Shown piece after piece: positions 51,405 to 60,673 of a stretch of 64,000 nucleotides of DNA. Below the pieces are notes generated by a model that saw only the letters and a list, made by a program, of their open reading frames with translations, was not told the origin of the DNA and ran no database searches. The first letter of the stretch is position 1. The number at the start of each line of letters is the position of its first letter. The translations under genes were made by a program, and so were the position numbers. Origin of the DNA: Candidatus Latescibacterota bacterium (GTDB lineage: Bacteria; Latescibacterota; UBA2968); the NCBI GenBank assembly GCA_965198115.1, contig OZ240241.1, forward strand, positions 1,376,001-1,440,000, in the 5' to 3' direction.

Positions 51405-54400
51405 TTAAGCCGGAAGCCCCACAAATAGCCGACTCCACACATCCTCCAGCGAATCCACTTCGCCTGTTTCCGCAGCCCGTGCAAAAACAACTCCTGGGCG
51501 TCTCACATTGTGGGCTCTCGCAAGCACTCCATAGCCTTTAATCTCTGCCTGCAGCTCTTTGTCGAACTCCTCCATCTCGTGTACGATTCCCGCCAGGCCG
51601 CGCCGGGCACCCGGAACGCGCCCGAAGACCTCGGCAGGAGTCAGCCCTTCGGCCCACCCGTGTGGAATCGGTACCAGATTCATCTCCATATCTCGTACCA
51701 CACCGGCTCCCCCGAGATACTGTTTCAACTGACGCTCATTCCCTCGAGCACCGGACTTGAACATCAGGTTTATTGGCCCCCATCCATCGCCGTCGAATAC
51801 GTCCGACCTCACCACATAGCCTTCGATCTCCTGGGCATACGCCTGCCACTCATCCGCATCGTTTCCTTTAGGTTTTGGGGGCAGTTCCAGATCCGATCCT
51901 ACAAACGGTCCCATAGACAAGCCCAGCGTCTTTGCCACATCGTAGCCTCGATGCATCAGCTTCTGCGATACATCCAACGCAGCCTCGGGTCCTTCCCTGT
52001 CAAGAACTTCTGCCATCGCCTCAATCACGGTGGAATGAGTAACCATACCGTGCGTGGTGGCAATCGAGGCCCCGGCTAGCTCCTCGATCTCTCTCAGCCC
52101 CTCCGGTGATCTGCTGAGTTCCGCAAGCCCCATCATAGCGTCCATCCTGGGAGGTAGCGCCTGAATCAGTCCGGGATCTCGCCGGAGGTGGCCTGCCACG
52201 CTCAGGAGATCGGCCGCCTCCTTTTGTCCTGACTCGGTCAGGGGCAGGTAGACAGCTGCCTGATCTCCATCGAAATCCGCATTCATCATCTCGCAGACAA
52301 GCGGATGTACACGCAGCACATTTTCCGGAATGCGTCTCGGCCGGAAAACGACGAACGACATCGGGGCAACGGCAGGGGCCCGATAGAGAATCAACCACGA
52401 TGACGCCATCGCCTTGTCCAGCGCTTCGGCGCCCCTTTGGCTACGCTCTTGCACAGGCCTGGGATCTCCCAGCTCTCGAACGGCCAGAGGCCCGAACAGC
52501 GACCAAGCTATTTCTTCTGCCACGCCCAGCTCATCAATGCCCAGCTCAGGCCCGGGGGCAATCACCGTCCGTCCACTGAACAGAACGCGTGACTGGAACG
52601 CCATTTTGTCCGGGTGTACCAGCGCATCCAGATATTCTGCAACCCGGGCCCCCAGGTGCTCCGCAGCTTTGCGCGTAAGCGCCTCAGGCATCCCATCCTT
52701 CAGCATGCGCGACAACCGATCGTTCGATGCGGCCAGAGCAGCATATTCCACCAGATCCTCTGCAACCCCCACCACATCACAGGATCTGCTCGCATTCCAC
52801 GGATGCGGGACAGGCCTGATAAGCCCCAAGACATCGCCATGCGGCTCGACGAAGTCAAAGGTCAGCCTGGAGTCTCCGAGCGCGGCTCTGACTCCGCCCG
52901 CCCTCAACCCCTCCTGTATGCGCAGGAAACCGGCGCGAGGAGGTGCAGCCTGCGAGATGCTCCCTGAAGCCACGCGATCCTCCAGGGAGTCCGATCCCTC
53001 CTGTGCCGCCGCACACGTGTGGCTCTGCTCGCGGATGGTCTCGTATGCTCCAACGTCCGCCAGAACCCGATACTCCGTCTCCCCCATGGCCTGCCCACGA
53101 TAATCTCCGGGAGCCGTCCCCGAGTGGATCTTGTCCCTCACCAAGTGAGAAGTGACTCCCCAGTAGACCCAGCCAGCCGTACTTCGACGCTTCAGGGGAT
53201 GACCCTTCACCGTCAGCGCCTCCATACCATCTTCATCCAGCCCGGCATTCTGCAGCTGCTCGCGAAGCGCTTCTGCCTTGGGCGCTGAAAACGGAGGAAC
53301 AATGCACGGCGAACCGGTCGCCTTCGCGATCCGTCCCATTACTGCTTCCCGAACAGCGCCGTAAGCCATTCGGGACGGGAGGCTACATACGCTGTAGATG
53401 AGCTCAACGGGCGTCCCATCGGCGAGGGTTGGCATCTCCGCATCGGGCAGAATACGGCCGACCACACCCTTGTGTCCGTGGCGATTCGACAGCCTGTCTC
53501 CCACAGCAAGAATGTTAGGTGTCCGCATGCGGTCCGCACACGACTCGCTCACCACGATCGAATCCTCGAACGCATCCCCATCCCACGAGATGAACGCCGT
53601 CAACAGATTGTGTCCCATCCAGAAGAAGGGTGTGTCCGGCTCGTGTCCTGTTTGCACCAAAGCCGGTTCGGGCGCCATTCCCTCCGCTTCGCTCATCATC
53701 TGTTGATAGGCGTGGAAGTCACCGGCTTCCTGGATCGGCATCTCTGGATCAGGCTTTCCAATCCATTGGCGCATCATATTCACGCCCATAAGGATCCGGT
53801 TCGAATCGCTGTGCTCGAGGAAGGGAATCGATGCAGCGCCCATCCCCAGCGTGCCTTCGGGACTGTCGTCCACGATCACGATCCGGTCGTCTTGGATGGC
53901 GGCGCCCCGCGCAATCTCCAGAATCAACCCGATATTCGGTCCTTCCGGAGTGCAGAACGGGCAGACCCGTCCCTGCTGACTGGCGACTACTACCGGAATA
54001 CCCGTCAATCTGAACGGGGGCGCCGCTTCCCGTCCGATATGTTCAAGGGATAGGCGTCTCAAGTGCGTGTAAACGTCCAGCCAGTTCGTCACCTGCAGGT
54101 ACTGTGAACTACCCTGGTGTTGTCGGTATCGGCCGTTCAGATAGGTGTGCCACTGCCCGACGTGGAACTCCTGAAACCAATCGTCGATCGGCAGCCACGA
54201 TCTGGTCAGATCAGCATCCCAGGACAGGCTATGCGGGGCGTCTCCCAGACGTTCGGCTATGAAATCCCGCAGCTGATCTCCCACGCAGCTGATCTCCGCA
54301 TCAACCAGGTCCGGGGAGGATGCCAGCGGCACGACCACCCGGTAGCTCCCTTCTACTTTGAACACACCGGCATCGTCCGGTTTCGGCAGATTGTCGAACG

Positions 54401-54581
54401 AGAGCAGCACATCGCCGTCCGCGCCCTGAACGATCACTTCCACGCTACACGTGTATGGTCCTGTCGACTCCGTACGGTAGTCCACTAACGGCACCCGCTC
54501 TCTCAACAGATCGGGAAGGAATTCGTTGACGAATCGATCCCACGACTCCTTGTGCCAAGGGGCAGCATCATTCAAAGACAT
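51405..54581 (-). CDS. Miniaturised single-chain RNA polymerase beta-beta' fusion (RpoB/RpoC-derived, 1058 aa)
   Basis: beta motifs: CPFCTPEGPNIGL, IPFLEH.D.NR.LMG.NM.RQ, FEDSI, GDRLSNRHGHKGVV, PSRM, HLV.DK, GQ.MGE.E. beta' motifs: FSGRTVI, RAP, HPLVC..NADFDGDQ, SGARG, GARRGL. The ATG overlaps the sigma stop (TGATG). Confidence 0.92.
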   Translation of the reverse strand: MSLNDAAPWHKESWDRFVNEFLPDLLRERVPLVDYRTESTGPYTCSVEVIVQGADGDVLLSFDNLPKPDDAGVFKVEGSYRVVVPLASSPDLVDAEISCVGDQLRDFIAERLGDAPHSLSWDADLTRSWLPIDDWFQEFHVGQWHTYLNGRYRQHQGSSQYLQVTNWLDVYTHLRRLSLEHIGREAAPPFRLTGIPVVVASQQGRVCPFCTPEGPNIGLILEIARGAAIQDDRIVIVDDSPEGTLGMGAASIPFLEHSDSNRILMGVNMMRQWIGKPDPEMPIQEAGDFHAYQQMMSEAEGMAPEPALVQTGHEPDTPFFWMGHNLLTAFISWDGDAFEDSIVVSESCADRMRTPNILAVGDRLSNRHGHKGVVGRILPDAEMPTLADGTPVELIYSVCSLPSRMAYGAVREAVMGRIAKATGSPCIVPPFSAPKAEALREQLQNAGLDEDGMEALTVKGHPLKRRSTAGWVYWGVTSHLVRDKIHSGTAPGDYRGQAMGETEYRVLADVGAYETIREQSHTCAAAQEGSDSLEDRVASGSISQAAPPRAGFLRIQEGLRAGGVRAALGDSRLTFDFVEPHGDVLGLIRPVPHPWNASRSCDVVGVAEDLVEYAALAASNDRLSRMLKDGMPEALTRKAAEHLGARVAEYLDALVHPDKMAFQSRVLFSGRTVIAPGPELGIDELGVAEEIAWSLFGPLAVRELGDPRPVQERSQRGAEALDKAMASSWLILYRAPAVAPMSFVVFRPRRIPENVLRVHPLVCEMMNADFDGDQAAVYLPLTESGQKEAADLLSVAGHLRRDPGLIQALPPRMDAMMGLAELSRSPEGLREIEELAGASIATTHGMVTHSTVIEAMAEVLDREGPEAALDVSQKLMHRGYDVAKTLGLSMGPFVGSDLELPPKPKGNDADEWQAYAQEIEGYVVRSDVFDGDGWGPINLMFKSGARGNERQLKQYLGGAGVVRDMEMNLVPIPHGWAEGLTPAEVFGRVPGARRGLAGIVHEMEEFDKELQAEIKGYGVLARAHNVRRPGVVFARAAETGEVDSLEDVWSRLFVGLPA

Positions 54582-55186
54582 CAGTCTCCTCCCTCTCCCT
54601 CGAATCTCCGCCATTGTCGGGCAAGCTCCTTCCGGGCGTGATGAAGCCTCGACTTCACAGTGCCTTCCGGCACACCCAGCCGTTCGGCCACCTCGCGCAT
54701 CTCCATCTCTGCATCGTGCACCATCCGGACGACCTCGCGTTTCTCCTCCGGAAGCTCATCGATACGTCGCTGCAGCCACTGGTGTCGCTCACGCTGTTCG
54801 ACCCGAGCATCTGGGCCAAGTGAAGCGCTGTCAACGAGCCATCCAGGAGTGAGCGTATCGTCGTCATCCTGCACGCCATCGAGCCAGAGAACCGGCTCGG
54901 TCGGTGCCTCTCGTCGTCGACGGACCCACCGGAGGTGATTGTAGGCCAGGTGTGTGCCGATTCGAAGCAGCCACCCCTGCAGCGTCCCGCGGCATTCCCA
55001 CTGATCGGCCCGGCTCCAGAGACGGATAAACACCTCCTGCACCAGGTCTTCAGCCGAGGCAGAATCGCGGACAATTCTGTTAACGCAGGCCTTTATCTGT
55101 CCCTCAAACCTGTCGAAAACGACCTCGAAAGCCTGTTCGTCCCGGTTCAGGATTCTGTTCACAAGCTCTCGATCCGTCTCTGCCAT
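54581..55186 (-). CDS. ECF (sigma70 group 4) sigma factor
   Basis: Region 2 AEDLVQEVFIRLW...WLLRI..HL.YNHLR, and region 4 LPEEKREV...EVAERLGVPEGTVKSRLHHAR. Confidence 0.93.
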   Translation of the reverse strand: MAETDRELVNRILNRDEQAFEVVFDRFEGQIKACVNRIVRDSASAEDLVQEVFIRLWSRADQWECRGTLQGWLLRIGTHLAYNHLRWVRRRREAPTEPVLWLDGVQDDDDTLTPGWLVDSASLGPDARVEQRERHQWLQRRIDELPEEKREVVRMVHDAEMEMREVAERLGVPEGTVKSRLHHARKELARQWRRFEGEGGD

Positions 55187-55204
55187 TCGGGATCCCCACC
55201 TTTA

Positions 55205-55231
55205 AGGACACCACAAATTGAACCGAGTTCA
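55205..55231 (-). promoter_or_regulatory. Candidate autoregulatory ECF promoter
   Basis: Minus strand TGAACT-N16-GTCCT about 20 nt upstream of the sigma ATG. The -35 lies in the palindrome TGAAC-tcg-GTTCA. Confidence 0.45.
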
Positions 55232-55688
55232 TTCGATTATCGACATCTTCTACAGACTGCGCAGATGGCACAGACATTGTACTCCAGCTGTACCATCCCT
55301 CGCAGCTCGTTGCGGATCCAAGAAGAATGGGCACGTCCTCTACCTTCTAAGGACATGCCCAAATCTGAAAACAGGTTTCAGGTCAGTTGCGCCCCGTTCC
55401 AATGGCATTCCGGGGATACCGAGGGGCTAAGGGTTCAGCGTTCTACCGATGCGTGCCACTTAAAGTATTTCGCTCTGCCCTTGTTCCAGGCGGTCACTTT
55501 CCTACCTTGCAGGATGTCAAGCTTCCATCGACCGACTCTCGGTCCGCCTCACACACAACAAGCCTCATACAACAACTAGGCACACTCGCCGGTTTACTTG
55601 ACGTAACGTGCTCCTTTTCGGTAGCCTGTTCCTTACGTGCGTGGCGGTCACCAGCTTTATGGCCCTATGTCCATGCGCAACCCGTCGC

Positions 55689-56218
55689 GGTCAAGTCCCA
55701 TAGTCAGTTGAAAACTCATCGGGCCCCGTAGTTTGGTCAGGCTCTCTTTTGAGCATTCTGTTCGTTGTCGAGATTCAGATCTTTGTTCAGTGCTTGCCTG
55801 AGTAGGGGAAGATGTTTGTATCCGCTCACGCGTCGCAGGCGAGGTTCGATGTCGAGGAGTGCGGCAGCCACCCATCTGTGTCTCTGGGGAGAGTTGTTCC
55901 AGCGTCTGACCTTCCGAGTGAGCTCGCCGGTCATGCTGTTGAGGGCTTCGATGCAGTTGGTGGTTCGGAAGCTTCGTTTCAGGAATGGGAGCATACCCAG
56001 CCGGTGGAGGGTCAGGGTTTCCTCCAGGCCTCCTCGTTGTGCTTGACGGCTCAAAGGGACTCCGCAGTGCTGTCACCAAAGCCCTCAAAGGGTATGTGCG
56101 CGTGCATCGCTGCCAGTGGCACAAGCGCGAGAATGTCGTCAGCTATCTCCCGGAGAGGGAACGTCCAAGACTCTCTTCGTCGGCAAAGCTCTTTCCGTCA
56201 ATGAAGAGGGTCACGAAG
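55689..56218 (-). mobile_element. Scrambled IS256-C remnant (3' end plus an inverted and a deleted internal piece)
   Basis: 55689-56031 matches the IS 3' end, about 56030-56170 is an inverted internal piece, and about 56172-56218 is another internal piece. Confidence 0.85.
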
Positions 56219-57111
56219 TGTTCGCGACGTCTGTTGTGTCGAAAGACGAACTCATCCAAGTAGACTTGGAGCTGTTCACGACTGACGCCGTGATGCGTGC
56301 CAACCAGCCATTGCTGAAGGTTTCCGATCGCTCGGTCCACCAGAGGCACCACGGATTCCGCTCCCTTGCGAAGTTCCGCCCGATGCGGCTGGGAACGGGC
56401 AACGTGGTAGCCTTTCGCGTTGAGTTTCTCAAAACTCTTGAGTCCGTCAGTGTGGATCGTCGAGCCGGGCGTGACGTTCTGTTTGGCGAAGTCAACGAAC
56501 GTTGTCGACTTGAAATCTGGAATCACGGTCATGCGGAGACGCCCGGATCTGTTTGATCCGCGTTTCTCTACAGCAACCAGTACGAGCGCCGCACGGCGGC
56601 CCTTGAGCTGTCGGCTTCCGCGGAGTCCGGGTTGAGGCCCGCCGATCCAGGTGTCATCGATCTCGACCTCTCCGTGGAGGGGTTCACGCGCCTCATTGAC
56701 CATTGCTCGTCGAAGCTTGTGAAGCATCATCCAGGCGGTTTCGTAGCGCTTGAGCCCCAGTTGACGCTGGATGAGAAGCGCCGAGATCCCACGTTTGTCG
56801 GTGGTCATCAGGTAGGCAGCCCAGAACCAAGCCGTCAGCGGCGTTTTCGTCCTGTGAAGAACCGTCCCGGACGTCAGCGACACTTGATGCCTGCAGGAAA
56901 ACACACTCCCACTGTCGGCGTTTGGCGACCGTGTAAGCTCGATCGTGACCACAGCGTGGGCAGACGAAACCGTCAGGCCATCGACACATCGCCAGGTAGT
57001 CTTGACACGCCTCTTCGGTAGCGAACTGGCGCTGAAACTCGCTCAGGTTTTTCGGGAACGGAAGTCTTCGCACGCCCGAACACTACATGATAGTGCCCTC
57101 CTGAGTCAACC
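56219..57111 (-). mobile_element. IS1595-family element, frameshifted and 3'-truncated
   Basis: RWPDGFVCPRCG, SGTVLHRTK, EIDD, IHTDG, GTHHGVS and YLDEFVFRHNRR. Confidence 0.88.
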
Positions 57112-57129
57112 AGGATCGGATTCCGCTCA

Positions 57130-57600
57130 AACAGACTGTTGCGGAGTTCTTCAACGGTGGTCTTGAAGTAACGCACCCAGAGCAGGTTCTCCTTGAGAAT
57201 GCGGATGAAACGCTCGGCGCAACCCCTTCCTTCCGGGCACGCACAAAGCTTGGCGAGGCCTCGATACCCTGGGAGGCGATCTCGAAAGGCGTCAGAGACG
57301 TATTGGGACCCGTTGTCGTGACAGACGCGGGCGAGGCCTTGAGCGATGTCCTTTACCAAGGCGCCGAAGTGACGGCGGACGCCCTGTCGTGCAGTGATCG
57401 ACCGCCACGAACACACTTGCCGTGCCTTCCCCGGTCGTGATCGTCTGAGTCAGATCCGTGCCCACATCGCGTCAGGGATCGGAGTCGTGATCGTGCCGTC
57501 GTGGGCTGAGGACCGCGGCGTGACCCTGTCCGATTGGGTGCCTGTGAACCGTTCTCACGCATCAGACTGTCCTCCTACAGTTCCAGCACACATACAACCA
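57130..57600 (-). pseudogene. Heavily degraded IS3/IS481-type integrase remnant
   Basis: HDNGSQYVS and AERFIRILKENLLW. Confidence 0.6.
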
Positions 57601-58295
57601 CCGGTGGATCGTCCAGCGACACGGCTACAAGACGCCGACTCAAGTCCGAGCCGAGAAACTGGCGGCCAGACGCGCCGACTGAATACACTCACTGGCGTGC
57701 CAGGTTACGCAGGGCTTTATAATCTTGGACCTGGAGCGGATGCCGTTTCAGCGCTGGGAAGCAGCCCCGCAAGCAGCCTTTTCGAGTTGCAATCCCTTAC
57801 GCGGCGTATGTCGACTGTCCTTGACCAGTCCCGGATACCGAGCGTCCGGCACTGAGGTGCTACGGCTGTCACAAAGCGTTCTCTGCGGCGAGCCCCTCTT
57901 ACCGCGTTAGCTCGACCGAGGACACACCCGAAAGATCGGCGATTGGGAGATCGGCGGCACCTTCGTCCGCCGGGCAGCATGCCCGAGGCCAGATCGTCCA
58001 AGACCGCGTCGGCCAGACTGCCCGGCCGTGAGCGTCCAGCGCCCCAGCGAGTAGGATTCCCCGATCCGGCACATCTGGTCCCGGCCAGCCTCAGACAAGA
58101 TTGCAATCCGCGTCGATTGCCACTCCCGACGACGCTCGGCCCTGGTAGGTTCGCCGGCGCCTTCGCATCCGACAGCAGCCCTCGCCGTCGGTGAACGGAG
58201 TCCCGCGCGCCAGACGGTTCTTCAGCTGTACGCGCATCTCCTGAGGGTCGCAAGAGATCGTCTTCGTCGAACGCCGCCCTGAACGACGGCGGGCA

Positions 58296-59678
58296 TCAGC
58301 TTGTATCCGTCCTTCCGCCTCCGGCCTGAAAGTCGCCCAGGTCCTGCTCGTAGAGGCGCTCGAGCAGGGCCTCCCTCCGGCTCTTCGGCAGGGCTTTGAA
58401 GTTCCGCGCGTCATCGGGGACCGGCGCCACCGCCGCGACGGTAGAGGCCCGGTCGTCGACCCACACCACGAGGCGCGACGGGTCCTCACGTTCGCGCTGG
58501 AAGCCCACCGTCACCTTCTGGCCCACGACCGAGAGGAACGGCTCCCTCCTCGGCAGCTGCCACGCCTTCCCGCAACACCGCACCGTCAGGTCCCCGCGCA
58601 CCACGGCCTGGACGCGGTCGTAGAGGTAACGCTCCCACACCTCAGAAGGCATCACACGCACGGCACCGGCCAAGCCGGCCGACCACCTGAGAAACGGCGG
58701 CTCGGCCGTCACGGCGTGCGCCCGGGCGTTGACTTTGTGCAACAGATCCAGCAGCAGCGCGTTGGCCTCCTCCAGAGAAAGACGCACGCCCTGGTCGACG
58801 TGCACACGCAGCAGCGCCGTCAGCCTCCGCTTGAGCGTTCCGATCTGCCGCTCCACCTTTCCCTTGGCCGCCGGGTTCCCCACGCGGTGACGCTTGAACG
58901 TCACGTCCACGTCTTGAATAAACTGCCGGAACAGCGACGACTGCGGCGCGCTGTCGTTGTCCGAATACAACACAACCGGACACCCGCAGAACGGGAACGC
59001 CGCTTTCTCCTCCCAGGCCCGTGCGCAGAAGTCGACCCAGTTGAGCGCGTGCTTGCCGAAATAGAGCCGTGCATACGTCGCCCGCGAATAGTCGTCCACC
59101 AGACAGAACAGGTGCAGGCGGGGGCGCCCGTTCCGGGAACGCGCCCTCCCTTTTTTCTTATCCGCCGCGCCGATCGAGCCGTCGGGTGCGACGAAGTAGC
59201 GCGGCAGCTCCGTCACGTCCAGTTGGTGCAGCCCGTTCGAATGAGGCGCCTCCCAACGCCGGTGCGGCACCGTCTTGAGCCGGGACGTGACCGGCCCGGT
59301 CAGCCGCCTCGGCGCCGTCAGCTGCTTCAGGCTCACCCCACGGGACCGCAAAAAGCCGTTATACGTCGACACCGAGATCGCTTTCGGGGCGATCCAGCCC
59401 TGAGCCTCGGCCTGCGCGATCACGGCTTCGGCCGTCATCCCGTAGCGCACCGTCAACGCCATCATCTTCAGCATCGCGCGGTCGCTCACGTCCACCCGCC
59501 GCCGTCCCTGGTCGGAACGCCTGGACCGCCGACCCTCCTGCCCGACCCACCGGTAGACCGTCGACACGTGAACGCCCAGCGTGTGCGACCACCCGTAGAC
59601 CGCGGCCGTGAACGCGCCCCCTTCCAACCCCCGGCACGAACGACGCACCTCCTCGATGATTTTTGGACCATACGCCAC
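58296..59678 (-). CDS. Mu/B3-type DDE transposase (integrase); C-terminus probably frameshifted
   Basis: N-terminal HTH (VSTVYRW, RRSDQG) and DDE core HQLD...VDDYSR...LYSDN...NPAAKGKVER. Confidence 0.85.
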   Translation of the reverse strand: MAYGPKIIEEVRRSCRGLEGGAFTAAVYGWSHTLGVHVSTVYRWVGQEGRRSRRSDQGRRRVDVSDRAMLKMMALTVRYGMTAEAVIAQAEAQGWIAPKAISVSTYNGFLRSRGVSLKQLTAPRRLTGPVTSRLKTVPHRRWEAPHSNGLHQLDVTELPRYFVAPDGSIGAADKKKGRARSRNGRPRLHLFCLVDDYSRATYARLYFGKHALNWVDFCARAWEEKAAFPFCGCPVVLYSDNDSAPQSSLFRQFIQDVDVTFKRHRVGNPAAKGKVERQIGTLKRRLTALLRVHVDQGVRLSLEEANALLLDLLHKVNARAHAVTAEPPFLRWSAGLAGAVRVMPSEVWERYLYDRVQAVVRGDLTVRCCGKAWQLPRREPFLSVVGQKVTVGFQREREDPSRLVVWVDDRASTVAAVAPVPDDARNFKALPKSRREALLERLYEQDLGDFQAGGGRTDTS

Positions 59679-59729
59679 GGCAGACCTGCCTTTCCTTTGT
59701 AGCCCCTTGTCTTAGGGGGCGGAGACGCC

Positions 59730-60575
59730 TCAGTCCTCCACGCCGGATACGCCCTCAGCGATGTGGAACCGCGTATCGGAGAGCCCATCGGGCGTCAGGA
59801 CGTGCACGATACCCGTCACCTTCTGGCTCAGCGTGCAACCGAACGCCTGCACGGCGTCACGAACGGGCGCCTTTGACAACCCTTGATCGCCATATTCTTC
59901 GGCATACTCCAAAGCCATACGTTCGAGCACCCCGACAACCCGGATCGCACGCGCGAACTGCGCCTCAAGCCGTATCAGCGGCGGCTGCGCGTCCTCGCCC
60001 TCACGCAGCAACCGGTTCTCGGCCGCCAAACCCCGTGATCTCGCCTGCTCCGCCCTCAGCGTCCCCCGGAGCGCCGCGTTTTGCCCTCGCGACTGCCGCA
60101 GTGCTGCCTGAAGCTGCCGGTAACCCATCGTGGCCACGTCGTCCAGTTTTCTTCCCAGAAACGATTGACGCGACATCGCCTCCCTCATCTCCTCATCCGA
60201 CACATCCAGAAGCGCAAGCATCTTCTTCTTCGAATCCCCCGAAACAGCCTTCAAAAATGACCGCGCGAGCGGACATTCCGACTCCACAACACGCTGCGCC
60301 ACGCGCATGAACTCCGAACTGCGCTGACGGCTCATCCCCAACTCACCAACCCACGCCACGAACCGGCCGTGGCCGATCGTCCCTTTCACCCAGATCAGAT
60401 ACTTCCCGATCGTCACCATCTCCTCCAAGACGCTCATCCCCACGTCCAGAATCCGCTGCTTGATACGATCCAGATCGAAATCAAGACCGTCCTGATACGC
60501 CGCCAGATCCGGCGCGGCTTCCGAGGCGGCGCCTGCAGACCTACGGCCAGATGTCGAAACCTCCGAATCCCTCAT
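59730..60575 (-). CDS. DUF3102-like phage protein
   Basis: IGKYLIWVK....HGRFVAWV...GMS.....FMRVA. It lies directly upstream of the transposase, as in transposable phages. Confidence 0.75.
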   Translation of the reverse strand: MRDSEVSTSGRRSAGAASEAAPDLAAYQDGLDFDLDRIKQRILDVGMSVLEEMVTIGKYLIWVKGTIGHGRFVAWVGELGMSRQRSSEFMRVAQRVVESECPLARSFLKAVSGDSKKKMLALLDVSDEEMREAMSRQSFLGRKLDDVATMGYRQLQAALRQSRGQNAALRGTLRAEQARSRGLAAENRLLREGEDAQPPLIRLEAQFARAIRVVGVLERMALEYAEEYGDQGLSKAPVRDAVQAFGCTLSQKVTGIVHVLTPDGLSDTRFHIAEGVSGVED

Positions 60576-60673
60576 TCCGACCTTCCTGTCATCAACGATT
60601 CCGGCTTTTTGCCCGGCGAGAGCCGCGACCTACCCTTACCTCCGCCCACACATCCTCATCCCATCCGCTCCAT

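Noticed and set aside
51405-54614. Housekeeping rpoBC or a decayed rpoBC pseudogene
   Set aside because: There is no rpl/rps context and the protein is about 40% of the normal length. The frame is uninterrupted, with clean domain-level deletions and conserved catalytic residues.
54582-54614. Upstream ATG giving 1069 aa
   Set aside because: It overlaps the sigma gene by 34 nt. The TGATG-coupled start at 54581, preceded by a GGAG RBS, is more plausible.
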